A DNA stretch of 64,000 nt, taken from IMG/VR virus record IMGVR_UViG_3300030044_000012; one strand, given 5' to 3'. Origin of the DNA: an uncultured virus (IMG/VR IMGVR_UViG_3300030044_000012) (lineage: Duplodnaviria; Heunggongvirae; Uroviricota; Caudoviricetes). This document shows positions 46,701 to 54,922 of this stretch, one piece after another. The notes below the pieces were generated by a model that was not told the DNA's origin, ran no database searches, and was given only the letters and a program-made list of their open reading frames with translations. A program made the translations under genes and the position numbers. The first letter of the stretch is position 1. Each line of letters begins with the position of its first letter.

Positions 46701-47893
46701 AGTCATCTATAACCTCAACGGGGGCAGGAACTACATATAACACAACCGGGTATGGTTTCCTCTCCTTTCAGTTTGGTGGAATTTGGGCTGGAGCCATTCG
46801 AGTTGATGCCAGCAACGATGGAGTTAACTGGATACAGCAATATGTACAGAATCTAGGCAGCGGAGACATTACAGACATTGTTACGGTTCCTACTATTGTC
46901 TTGGTAGAAGCCGCCACCGTCTACATGCGGTACTACGTTGTAGGACTGGAAACCGGCACCATCACGGTCATAGTCACGGGTAATACAGGCACCATACCCA
47001 CAACAAGCTTGTTGGGCTTGTCGTTTGATACAACAACGGGGGTTCAGCAAAACGTTAATGTAGCAAACTTGAAAACAGACGTTATTGGTGGACTATTAAC
47101 TAGTGATGCTCCTTCCCCACTTACTATAAGTGGTGGTGTGGGACAAAACATCCTAGTCGATACACAGGGGTATGAGTCACTTAACATAACGACTGAGGCC
47201 CTCACTGCCAACGTTTTTGCGTCGAATGATAAAGTCACTTGGAGTGCCTTATCCGGTGCCCCCCTGACCCTCGGTGCCTTGGTCATTGCCGTAGCGGCCA
47301 ACACAGGTTACTCGTTTCCATGTATAGCCCGGTTCATTCGTTTTACAGTCACAGCAGCCGGTACAGCTACGGTGTATCTACGTAGTCAACCGTGGACAGG
47401 GACTTATACCACCACAGTCCCAACAGCCACAGCGTCAAACAACTTGGCTCAAATCGGGGCTACCACCGTTGTAACTGGTGGTGTTGCTGGTACCCTCGCT
47501 GTTGGAGGTAACATTGCGGTTGGTGTGGCTCAAACTAACAACCCAATTGTGATTGGCGGGGTAGATACTGGGAGTTTGACTCGTCGTCTTCAGACTGATA
47601 CATCCGGTCGCCCTAACGTAAACATTCTGTCTCTTGACCAAACGGCTACAGTCAGGAATATCGGCTCTGTATCCCCCTCCAATAACATACAAAACCTAGC
47701 TGCTTTGGCGGTCACGGAACTATCTCAATATGAAGGTCAATCCTTTGTCGATTTACTAGCTCAAATCCTCATCGAACTTAGAATTTTGAACTACTACAAC
47801 TACACTTTATTGACTACAGGAACCACTAATAGCACGGGTGACGAGCCAGCAGCCCTTCGCAACGACCCGAATATTACAACAATTTTTGGCTAA
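43775..47893 (+). CDS. Large Ser/Thr/Gly-rich tail fibre or virion surface protein with internal repeats
   Basis: Start MSIVIK (43775) with SD AAAGG; beta-rich, low charge; eight (S/T)GTF(W/Y)xxTQP(V/M)S repeats. Confidence 0.8.
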   Translation: MSIVIKSGGSGNLAVVDSQGSLQVASTPASISFNSTSSPWTSATGVNATQSLLSNGGYAAVLVQFNQSSGITGGIATIEVSYDGVDWFTLPAQFLLDPLTYGETSGNPYTFTSSTNQAFLLINAGFQQIRVRLSTAITGSGQVVLYWNLLSTSPTINSSTVLVSSIAGALPAGSNVIGSVITSGTGATGSSVPSTATYVGFDSSGNLVGVSSSNPLPITGSISASNPSVGTNSATAPASSTQVGFVSSGNLVPVSSSAPLPITGTVSVSGTVPVSGTFWQTTQPVSGTVAVSNFPSTQAVSWSGQSVGITGTVPVSGTFWQATQPMSSTQLPAALDGSGNLKVAVENSSLAVTGTFWQTTQPVSGTVTANLSGSISNTAFGANQGTAASASGAWPTYLTVSGSAVDPRQIRALTSSDQVTLANSSIAVTGTFWQATQPVSWSGQSVGITGTVPVSGTFWQATQPVSIAATVNTSDAADGATGSVVPSHTTQIGGSDGTDLRTLATDSSGQLKVLVENSPTVAISGTVPVSGTFWQATQPVSGTVTANISGSISNTAFGANQGTAAAASGAWPMYTTVSGTAVDPRQIRALTSSDQVTIANSSIAVTGTFWQATQPVSGTVTSNQGTASAGAKWSVQVDNSSAIAVTDSAAETSLSTLAGAVTSAQMQVNVTNTSIPVTGTFYPATQPVSGSVALNAGANTIGSVVLTSVGGTQSGVNATGRLNVSTESSQLFVDTFDSTLDTVNNWMTPTASGGGVVSSVSSGSLVIGTGTTSAGYSYLQSNPNFPPSVPSYLTAQFVIKLEYPVTTQTYRFWGFGTTPASPTTTAPLTNAVGFELYTDGKLYAVVYAGGTRTVIQDFSVATGNGLQPADSNFHRYSMAWRSDKQFFMIDSSDASATGNFVFPQVQTLPLKLQAIAGTSPYASGTITLTSVGVGDSGANNITISDATYGFRGATVDASGNLHVKSSSLDGTILDTQSSITSTGAGTTYNTTGYGFLSFQFGGIWAGAIRVDASNDGVNWIQQYVQNLGSGDITDIVTVPTIVLVEAATVYMRYYVVGLETGTITVIVTGNTGTIPTTSLLGLSFDTTTGVQQNVNVANLKTDVIGGLLTSDAPSPLTISGGVGQNILVDTQGYESLNITTEALTANVFASNDKVTWSALSGAPLTLGALVIAVAANTGYSFPCIARFIRFTVTAAGTATVYLRSQPWTGTYTTTVPTATASNNLAQIGATTVVTGGVAGTLAVGGNIAVGVAQTNNPIVIGGVDTGSLTRRLQTDTSGRPNVNILSLDQTATVRNIGSVSPSNNIQNLAALAVTELSQYEGQSFVDLLAQILIELRILNYYNYTLLTTGTTNSTGDEPAALRNDPNITTIFG
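44590..45845 (+). repeat. In-frame repeats encoding GTFWQ(A/T)TQPVS and a duplicated ~75-aa block
   Basis: Eight copies; the block GTVTAN.SGSISNTAFGANQG...DPRQIRALTSSDQVT.ANSSIAV occurs twice. Confidence 0.9.
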
Positions 47894-47911
47894 TACGTAA
47901 GGAGAACTCTC

Positions 47912-48595
47912 ATGCAAGTACAAACTCAGGTCGGTCCTATCGCGACTACTGCTTCCATTGCCCCCGGTACTGTTGTTGCTATGCGTTCCGGCAACCTCGG
48001 TGATACCATCGTTACGGAACTCCATGGTCGTTTCTATGAGCAGACTTACCGTGGCAACGTGTACACTGGCGGCATCACCGCTCTAACCGCCCTGTCAGCC
48101 AACACCATTACATTGACAGCCACCACGACACCCATTCTTGGGCTTTGGAATAACTTGTCCAACACGGTCAACTTGGTGGTTCTACAGGCGTCATTACAGA
48201 TTGTCCCTAACAACCTTACCTCAGGCGCTGCTCCGGGTGCCCTCATTTGGGCAACATCCACAAGCAACGGTGCCATTTCCACCGGCTCCACTCCATTCAA
48301 CGCCAAGACTTTGACTCAGTCCGGTTCCGTGGCTAAGTTCTTCACCCCCGCTGTAGCCCTCACTGGCCTCACCAACAACCTTGTGGCTCTTACAGCGTCG
48401 GATATTCCAAGCCCTTCCGGCCTAACTTACACCACTCTCGGTTCCACCGCTATCATCCCTCCGATTGGTGGTGTCGAGAACTTTGACGGTGGGCTCATCA
48501 TCCCGCCCGGTGGTGTATTGGCATTGTTGAACACAGTGTCATCGACCACATTCTCTGTATATGGTCGTATCACGTGGGAAGAAGTGCCTGTCTAA
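47912..48595 (+). CDS. Putative virion structural protein
   Basis: SD AAGGAG; Thr/Gly-rich beta composition; ends ITWEEVPV. Confidence 0.7.
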   Translation: MQVQTQVGPIATTASIAPGTVVAMRSGNLGDTIVTELHGRFYEQTYRGNVYTGGITALTALSANTITLTATTTPILGLWNNLSNTVNLVVLQASLQIVPNNLTSGAAPGALIWATSTSNGAISTGSTPFNAKTLTQSGSVAKFFTPAVALTGLTNNLVALTASDIPSPSGLTYTTLGSTAIIPPIGGVENFDGGLIIPPGGVLALLNTVSSTTFSVYGRITWEEVPV

Positions 48596-49045
48596 TCAAC
48601 TGGCAATGACTTATTGAGAGAGCCGGGATTAACCTCCCGGCTTTTTCTTTTATCTTCCAATTCGAGCAAACGAGTTCGTATATCAGCCATCATTTGGGTA
48701 TCCTTGGCTTGTATCCACGACGGGGCTTTCTCAGCGTAGCTGGGGTGGCTCCTGACCTTCTCAAGGTGCTCCAGCGACTGCTGTAGCCTACTGTAGCCTA
48801 CTGTAGTCCTTATGCCCCCTGCCGCTGGTCACGTGTAATCCTTCACAGTACGGGCACTCGTAAATCTGACCCGTTGCCAGTGGTCTTTCCTGCATCATCG
48901 ACCGAACATGTAGTATGGCAGAAAAATAATCGGTATGCCTCAGCTTGATGGCACACCGATAGTATTCCTTCTCGTCGTAATAACGGTCTTCCATTTTTCG
49001 ATTCGGATTACGTTTCAAAATCGTCCTCGAAGACTGGACCGCCAT
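48592..49045 (-). pseudogene. Zinc-finger protein (YECPYCEGLH) truncated by a 10-bp tandem duplication
   Basis: CTGTAGCCTA x2 at 48781-48800 creates a TAG; removing one unit reopens the frame to TAG 48592-48594. Confidence 0.65.
48620..48651 (+). terminator. Intrinsic terminator of the virion module
   Basis: AGCCGGGA...TCCCGGCT followed by TTTTCTTTT. Confidence 0.8.
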
Positions 49046-49283
49046 TCAAAGTGACTCCGGGTATTTGACGGGGCAGGTCGATGTCATCGATGTCATCAAA
49101 CTCCTCAGCAGCGAGTTCAGCCAAGAAGGAAGACTGCCATTCGGCCAATTCCTCAGTCTCCTCGTTGTCATAGTCTTCCCGCCAAGCACCGGGGTAGTCC
49201 CCGAGTTCTAGCCGGTCATGGTTGTCTTCAGCACCAATGCACATAATCGCATGGAACAGAGCGCGGTCTAGTTCAGAGTCCAT
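49008..49283 (-). CDS. Acidic hypothetical protein
   Basis: TAATG coupling, SD GGAGG. Confidence 0.65.
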   Translation of the reverse strand: MDSELDRALFHAIMCIGAEDNHDRLELGDYPGAWREDYDNEETEELAEWQSSFLAELAAEEFDDIDDIDLPRQIPGVTLNGGPVFEDDFET

Positions 49284-50617
49284 TATCCCTCCACAGGAAT
49301 GTTAAGGTTGGTGGCGAAACGACGGTACCAGAAATTGAAAGCTTCCTTCTCTGTCATAATACCGTCCATCGTGTACTTTTCAATGCTTTCAGCTTTGACA
49401 GCGTTGACCTTGGTCGTAATCTCAGTGTCCCGGCCAGCAGCTACAGTGAGGAGGGAGGGCAGTGGCGAGAGCGGCTCTTCTCCGAAGCCCTCCGACACGG
49501 AAAGCGTCCAGTCGTTAGTGAACTCTTCATTCCGCTCACGAGTGATAGAATCGTCCCCACCAACAAGAGCCGCCGTCTTGTCCGCCACCTTGGTGGACGT
49601 GAGGTTAAGGTTCACAATACGACGCTTCTTAAGGGCTTCAACAGCGTCGTCTAATGTCCAGTTGTTCTGTGAACGTGCCAAAGCAGCAGCGGCGAACTGG
49701 TTAACCGGGAGAGGTTCTGCCGCAACCTTGGGAGCGACGTTTACCGGATTGGCTGGGTTCTTCGCCCAAAGGTCAGCCGCCATCTTGGCGATTTCCGCAT
49801 CCTCGTTGACCGCCGCGACGATGGCCTTGGGAGTGGACGGCTTCGGCTTGGGCACTATCCGCTGCCTGACATTTGCGATAGATTCACCCGTGGATGTTGG
49901 GGCATAGTGGGCCATGGCCGCTGCGGAGCCCGTGTAGGAGCCCGAACCAAATGCCTTGACCGGAGTCTGTGCGACAGGAGTGGAGCCGGTCACGGAGAAG
50001 AGGGCAGCGACCGGAAACATGTCAACGTAGAACTGTTGGATGCCAGCCTCTCCACCGACCATCTCAAAGCAGGTAGGTCCGAACCCACGTTGAATGCTGG
50101 CGTCATCAGTCAGCTTACGGTTACAACGGCTGCAACGACCTTCATGCCAGATTTCGAATCCAGAGATAAGCTGGTTGCGGAGAAGTGCCTCGAACACCAT
50201 GTTGAAACCCTTGATGTGAGGAGCCTGTTCCGCCATCGGCAGGGGGAAGCCAGCGAGACTACGCTTCGCGCTCTTGACGTTCTTGGTGACCTTGAACATG
50301 GGGGACTTTCCACCAAGGCCAAACTGAATCATGCCCAAAGGTAGGTAGTCGTTCTCGTTGTCCCTGCCGGAGAGGTACTTGACCCAGTAAGGGGGTTGTG
50401 TGTAGCCACGAGCTACATCTTCTTGACGAAGGTCACCTCTGCTGATGCGGTAGGTGTAACGCTTCTCTTTGCCCCGGATAGTGATGGTCGCGTCCCCCGC
50501 AAACATGAAAGCTAGAATGATTTTTGGGTCGGTCATGAGAGCCGCAGTCAATTCGCCTTCAACATCACCCTCTGCGTTGGCCTGTTCCAGTGCCATCACT
50601 TCCTGTTCGCTGTTCAT
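49283..50617 (-). CDS. DUF6011-like zinc-finger domain protein
   Basis: HEGRCSRCNRKLTDDASIQRGFGPTC; start MNSEQ at 50617. Confidence 0.75.
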   Translation of the reverse strand: MNSEQEVMALEQANAEGDVEGELTAALMTDPKIILAFMFAGDATITIRGKEKRYTYRISRGDLRQEDVARGYTQPPYWVKYLSGRDNENDYLPLGMIQFGLGGKSPMFKVTKNVKSAKRSLAGFPLPMAEQAPHIKGFNMVFEALLRNQLISGFEIWHEGRCSRCNRKLTDDASIQRGFGPTCFEMVGGEAGIQQFYVDMFPVAALFSVTGSTPVAQTPVKAFGSGSYTGSAAAMAHYAPTSTGESIANVRQRIVPKPKPSTPKAIVAAVNEDAEIAKMAADLWAKNPANPVNVAPKVAAEPLPVNQFAAAALARSQNNWTLDDAVEALKKRRIVNLNLTSTKVADKTAALVGGDDSITRERNEEFTNDWTLSVSEGFGEEPLSPLPSLLTVAAGRDTEITTKVNAVKAESIEKYTMDGIMTEKEAFNFWYRRFATNLNIPVEG

Positions 50618-50639
50618 GTCGTTTTTATCCCCCACCACT

Positions 50640-50690
50640 AGTATACCGAGATGGCACATGTTTTAGCTAGTTTTTGTAGAAAAATTTTTT
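50640..50690 (-). promoter_or_regulatory. Class A promoter (TAGCTA-N18-TATACT)
   Basis: 18-nt spacer, A-tracts upstream. Confidence 0.78.
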
Positions 50691-50734
50691 GCTACCAAAC
50701 CCAGTATTAGGGGTAAATAAGGAGGGTTTTTACC

Positions 50735-50944
50735 TTGTACAAACTCGACATCGGTAACCTACAATACAAGTACCTTGCAAGTCCCCATGTGATTGCAATT
50801 ATTACACCTAAGCGCAAGAAACGTGTGTACAAATTGGAAGAGGTGCAATCCAACCCCAAGTTTAGAATACAGAATGGAACATCGGATAGTATAATTGCAC
50901 CAGAAGAAGTGGCAGCATTTATCCTCCGACGCCGACTTAAGTAA
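50735..50944 (+). CDS. Hypothetical protein
   Basis: AGTATTA motif at 50703-50709 and SD TAAGGAGG before TTG. Confidence 0.65.
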   Translation: MYKLDIGNLQYKYLASPHVIAIITPKRKKRVYKLEEVQSNPKFRIQNGTSDSIIAPEEVAAFILRRRLK

Positions 50945-50994
50945 TGCTGGGTCTGGTTTAGATGCTGTATCTCCCGGAGCCCGGAGTTGAACCT

Positions 50995-51705
50995 ATGTTA
51001 AAACAAAGTTTTGTTGTTATTCTGACGAGTTTTTTAAGTTTACCCACTGTAGCCTCTATCCCAAAGCACCATGCTCCATATCACTTGAAACTACACCATA
51101 GACATCCAAGTTCATGGACCCCCATGTTTCCTCCCACACACGAAAGTCTCTTAGCTCAGAACGTTGAAGTTGACCGACTAGGACTAACCCGTATCAAAAA
51201 CGACCGGGAGTTGAAAGAACTCATCGAGGCCGGAGAGTTGGTTCCTCTGCCTGTCGGGGATCACTTGGTGGTAGACAACCACCTCCCGATGAATCGTCGG
51301 TACTGCCGACCATGGACGGCTCAATTCCTAGTTGACCTGAGTGATGCCTTCTACTTAAGGTTTCATGAGCCAATCATGGTGGATTCAGCCGTTCGAACAG
51401 TCGAGGTTCAACGCAAATTACGTCGCTGGAATGGCAATGCTGCACCGGCTGAAGGTGAAACAGCATCTTCACATTTGGCTGGATTGACGGTTGACCTCGC
51501 CAGAAGACGAATGACAAAAGAGCAAGCTCTCTTTGTCGAACATTGGCTTCTACCCCTCTATGCAATGAAACTGGTTGAGGTTGAAGAAGAGTATCGCCAG
51601 TTCTGCTTTCACATTATGGTCTCAGGGGAATACGGTAAGACTCTCGATACCCTTCCTTTAGAACCAGTCAACGCTACCACAGAACTCCTGTCATTGAAAA
51701 AGTAA
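50995..51705 (+). CDS. Secreted zinc peptidase of the DD-peptidase/M15 fold (DUF5715-like); candidate cell-wall hydrolase
   Basis: Signal peptide; SAVRT..Q, SSHLAGLTVD (SxHxxGxxxD), E....CFHI. Confidence 0.7.
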   Translation: MLKQSFVVILTSFLSLPTVASIPKHHAPYHLKLHHRHPSSWTPMFPPTHESLLAQNVEVDRLGLTRIKNDRELKELIEAGELVPLPVGDHLVVDNHLPMNRRYCRPWTAQFLVDLSDAFYLRFHEPIMVDSAVRTVEVQRKLRRWNGNAAPAEGETASSHLAGLTVDLARRRMTKEQALFVEHWLLPLYAMKLVEVEEEYRQFCFHIMVSGEYGKTLDTLPLEPVNATTELLSLKK

Positions 51706-51758
51706 CTTTCATTCTCCAGTGTAGTAGGTGAAACACATCCTAGTACACTGGAGAATCC

Positions 51759-51974
51759 ATGGCTCTTCGTGTGGTTCACATCATTAACGGCGAATGCGAC
51801 ATCTTCCTTCAGAAGAGTCGTGACATCATAAAGATTCACATTAGTGAAAACCCAAACTCTCCCGACCCTACAAACTTCGAACTTGAGGGTAGCGTCCCTG
51901 CGTTGCGTGAACTCATCTCAACGTTAAACACTGTTATGTCTCATGCGGAGGCAATCAGCGAGGAGATTAACTAA
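51759..51974 (+). CDS. Hypothetical protein
   Basis: SD GGAG. Confidence 0.55.
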   Translation: MALRVVHIINGECDIFLQKSRDIIKIHISENPNSPDPTNFELEGSVPALRELISTLNTVMSHAEAISEEIN

Positions 51975-51977
51975 CGG

Positions 51978-52874
51978 ATGGTTCATATCCGCCATTGCTT
52001 TTATTGCGGTAAGGCCCTCAGCCGTCGTCGAGCAACCAAAGACCATGTTATTCCACGGTCTAAGGGTGGCAGCAATTTGCAACAAAATATAGTGGATGCG
52101 TGTCGGAAGTGTAACTCTGAGAAAGGTAATCTACTCTTAGAGGAGTACCGGCAAGTTGTAGCCTATCGAGCCGGAATCGACCCCTTGGAATTTAAATTTG
52201 CAGGGGAAGTAATTATGCTTGAATCTAAGTATCAACGACAACTAGAACGACAGAAAAACAAAAGAGCCGAACGCAAAGCTGCTGGAATGTGTATGCGATG
52301 CGGAAAGCTTCCCGCTCAAGATAAACGAGTGGACTGTGCTGCTTGCTCTAAAATGGCGAATCAGCACCGAACTACAAAACGAAAAAGAGGTATCTGTTCT
52401 TATTGTTCCGAACAAAACCCTGTAATCTCTGGAACTGGGTGGTGCGGGAAGTGCTGCGAAAAAGCATCACGAGAGGGGAAGAAGGCAAGAAGTAAAAGAA
52501 AACAACTGGGAGTATGTATGAGTTGTGGAACTGCTCCAGTGATAGAAGGACAAGTGAACTGCGAAGGTTGTGCTACAGGTTATCGAGAGTACCATCGCCA
52601 GAACAAAAAAACCTGTTTTAACCATTATGGACACATCTGCACCTGTTGTGAAATCGAATTTGACGAACGATTTCTCACGTTAGATCACGTAAACAATGAT
52701 GGAGCGGCTCACCGCGAGGAGATAGGTCGTAGTTCATTATACAGATGGGCAATTAAGAACTACTTTCCAAATACACTTCAAACCCATTGCTGGGGTTGTA
52801 ACCAAGCTAAGGAAATCAATGGGGGTGTTTGCCCACATAAAGAGATGAAATCAAAAAACTGGAAGTTTGATTAA
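51978..52874 (+). CDS. HNH endonuclease with two HNH domains separated by CxxC repeats
   Basis: N-terminal CFYCG...DHVIPRSKGG.N...ACRKCN; three CxxC...CxxC units; C-terminal LTLDHVNNDG...HCWGCN. Confidence 0.85.
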   Translation: MVHIRHCFYCGKALSRRRATKDHVIPRSKGGSNLQQNIVDACRKCNSEKGNLLLEEYRQVVAYRAGIDPLEFKFAGEVIMLESKYQRQLERQKNKRAERKAAGMCMRCGKLPAQDKRVDCAACSKMANQHRTTKRKRGICSYCSEQNPVISGTGWCGKCCEKASREGKKARSKRKQLGVCMSCGTAPVIEGQVNCEGCATGYREYHRQNKKTCFNHYGHICTCCEIEFDERFLTLDHVNNDGAAHREEIGRSSLYRWAIKNYFPNTLQTHCWGCNQAKEINGGVCPHKEMKSKNWKFD

Positions 52875-52892
52875 GCAGCCCAAACACTATAA

Positions 52893-53456
52893 TTACTGGA
52901 AGTGTCTAGCATCATCCCGCTCTAAATCAGCAAGGTCAGATAGAACATCTTCTACAGACGCTGAAAGACCCTCATCCTCTTCAGCCTCCATACCCATCTC
53001 TATCGCTGTCTTATCTTGAGCCGCTACAACACCACTCCGATTAAGAACTTTAACCTTGGTTGGGTCTTCAGGCCGAGCCCGTTGTCTGACTTCAGGCTTA
53101 ACCGTAGCCACACTCTGCACTGTAGCTCCTGAAAGTAATGTGCTTTGAATATCAACCGCTCCGGGAGTAGCATATTGACGAAGGGCCACAGCCGGTTCTT
53201 TTTGTGCAGCCTCAACCGCTTCATCAAGACGTTCGCTGATAATGAACTCAAGCATAGACAGAGAAGCGTCTGTAGCGTGTTTAGGGCACGCCTTAAACAC
53301 TTTATCAACCTCTGGAGCCTCTTCCCCCTCAGCGAGCGCAGGAGCCCCCATAGGTTTCTTACACTGGGCATCCTCGAACTCAGCGTACATCCTACAACCG
53401 CAGGACATATCGACGCTAAGCCGATGGATTGCCGTTTTGTTAACCTTCATTGCCAT
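52893..53456 (-). CDS. Hypothetical protein
   Basis: SCGC...CPKH possible metal site. Confidence 0.7.
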   Translation of the reverse strand: MAMKVNKTAIHRLSVDMSCGCRMYAEFEDAQCKKPMGAPALAEGEEAPEVDKVFKACPKHATDASLSMLEFIISERLDEAVEAAQKEPAVALRQYATPGAVDIQSTLLSGATVQSVATVKPEVRQRARPEDPTKVKVLNRSGVVAAQDKTAIEMGMEAEEDEGLSASVEDVLSDLADLERDDARHFQ

Positions 53457-53459
53457 GGT

Positions 53460-53681
53460 TTAAGCCTCAGGAACTACTACCACTGGCTTGGGAGGAACCA
53501 AAAGAGTCACAGGGAAAGTTACAAGAGGATGAACCAGTTCCTTCCCCTCCTCATTTGTCCCGGCAGGAAGGACAAGGGCGGTAAGACCGGGCTCTACCTG
53601 TCGAAGTTGAATCTCCTCAGGAGTGGCAACAAGCACGGTCTGGTCATCGAGTACAAAGATAATCTTCATATACCCCTTCAA
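53460..53681 (-). CDS. Hypothetical protein
   Basis: ORF track; true start probably MKIIF. Confidence 0.6.
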   Translation of the reverse strand: MKGYMKIIFVLDDQTVLVATPEEIQLRQVEPGLTALVLPAGTNEEGKELVHPLVTFPVTLLVPPKPVVVVPEA

Positions 53682-53917
53682 GAAATACCAAGTATGCTTT
53701 TAACTCCGCTTTCAATCATAGCCACGGAGACAAAGAATGGTTTTGACAGCACAGTGATTGTGACAACAAGTCCATCCACCACATAGGAAAGGGAGACGCC
53801 GTGCTCTGTCGGCAGCGTTCCACTTGTAAGGCTCAGGCCGTTCGCCGTGAACTTGGCGACGGCCTGAGTATATTCATCTTGAGTTAGAGTGAGTTTAAAC
53901 GTTGTGGCTGTGCTCAT
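53678..53917 (-). CDS. Small hypothetical protein
   Basis: ATGA coupling. Confidence 0.6.
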   Translation of the reverse strand: MSTATTFKLTLTQDEYTQAVAKFTANGLSLTSGTLPTEHGVSLSYVVDGLVVTITVLSKPFFVSVAMIESGVKSILGIS

Positions 53918-54552
53918 ACAAACTTCACAACCCCACGCTTGGTAAGTTCGTTGATGACTTGATCCGAGGTCACGTTGCTTGTTAGAAGCTGTTGTCCCTT
54001 TGCCTCATTCATAGCTTGAGCCATCACTTCATTGTTGAAGGTGAAACCACGAGGCACCGTGATCGAAGCCGTCTGGCCGGTGGTGGCAAGGTATGTGGTC
54101 AAGATGGTAAGCGCGGTAGTAATTGTAACCAACGCTGTCTTGGCGATGGCTTGCGAATGAGCATCTTTAATATTCAATATCGCCAGCAAAGCAGATGAAG
54201 CTGCCGTATTTGCGCCATTGACGGTTGCCGCAATCTGAGCCAATGTTCCAGCCGAAGGGTTAGCTAGGTACGTCGCACACAAAGTTTGCACCGGGGCCAC
54301 ATACTTCTGAATCTGTGTCACGAGGGCCTGAATCTGAACAGCATCAGCAGGAGCGAACGCCTCGCTTTCATTTAGCAGAGTTGTGGCATCCGCAGCTACA
54401 ATAGGTGCCCAATTCTGAATATCCAGAACAGCCGCGTTAATCTTGGCCTGAGTCGTGGTTGCTGTGCTGCTGCAACCTGTAGTCGTCGCCACAGGAATGA
54501 GGATAAGCAGGGCGATGAGGGGAACAATGAGAAGTCGGTTTAACAAATTCAT
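53914..54552 (-). CDS. Putative lipoprotein, helical
   Basis: Signal peptide ending TTGC; Ala/Thr-rich helices. Confidence 0.65.
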   Translation of the reverse strand: MNLLNRLLIVPLIALLILIPVATTTGCSSTATTTQAKINAAVLDIQNWAPIVAADATTLLNESEAFAPADAVQIQALVTQIQKYVAPVQTLCATYLANPSAGTLAQIAATVNGANTAASSALLAILNIKDAHSQAIAKTALVTITTALTILTTYLATTGQTASITVPRGFTFNNEVMAQAMNEAKGQQLLTSNVTSDQVINELTKRGVVKFV

Positions 54553-54580
54553 AAGGCTCCTAGTATGCCAGTGTTGGGGG

Positions 54581-54910
54581 TTAGGGCTTGACTGCTGTTG
54601 TTGCTTGTGCAGTCAGAGAGGATACCGTACCGTGAACACCAGCCGCTGACAAAATGACTGTCAAAAGAGCAAGAGCAGTATTTGTGGTGTAAAGCTGGTC
54701 GGAGGGGACAGTTATAAGCAGACCCAAGGCGGACAATACAACGTTCAAACCAACTGCCCACCACCCTTGAATGTACGGAGTGAGAGTCGGGATTTTCTTC
54801 AACCCCTGAATCAGGGGGTAAACGATGGCAACGATAGCCAACACCTTTGCAGCCGGGGGGACTGTAAGGGTAAGCGTCGTGAACAGGGCAAACATGAGAA
54901 ATAGATGCAT
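54581..54910 (-). CDS. Holin-like small multi-TM protein
   Basis: 109 aa, 3-4 hydrophobic segments, LIQGLKK...AAGVHG pattern; SD AAGGAG. Confidence 0.55.
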   Translation of the reverse strand: MHLFLMFALFTTLTLTVPPAAKVLAIVAIVYPLIQGLKKIPTLTPYIQGWWAVGLNVVLSALGLLITVPSDQLYTTNTALALLTVILSAAGVHGTVSSLTAQATTAVKP

Positions 54911-54922
54911 TAAGATGCTCCT

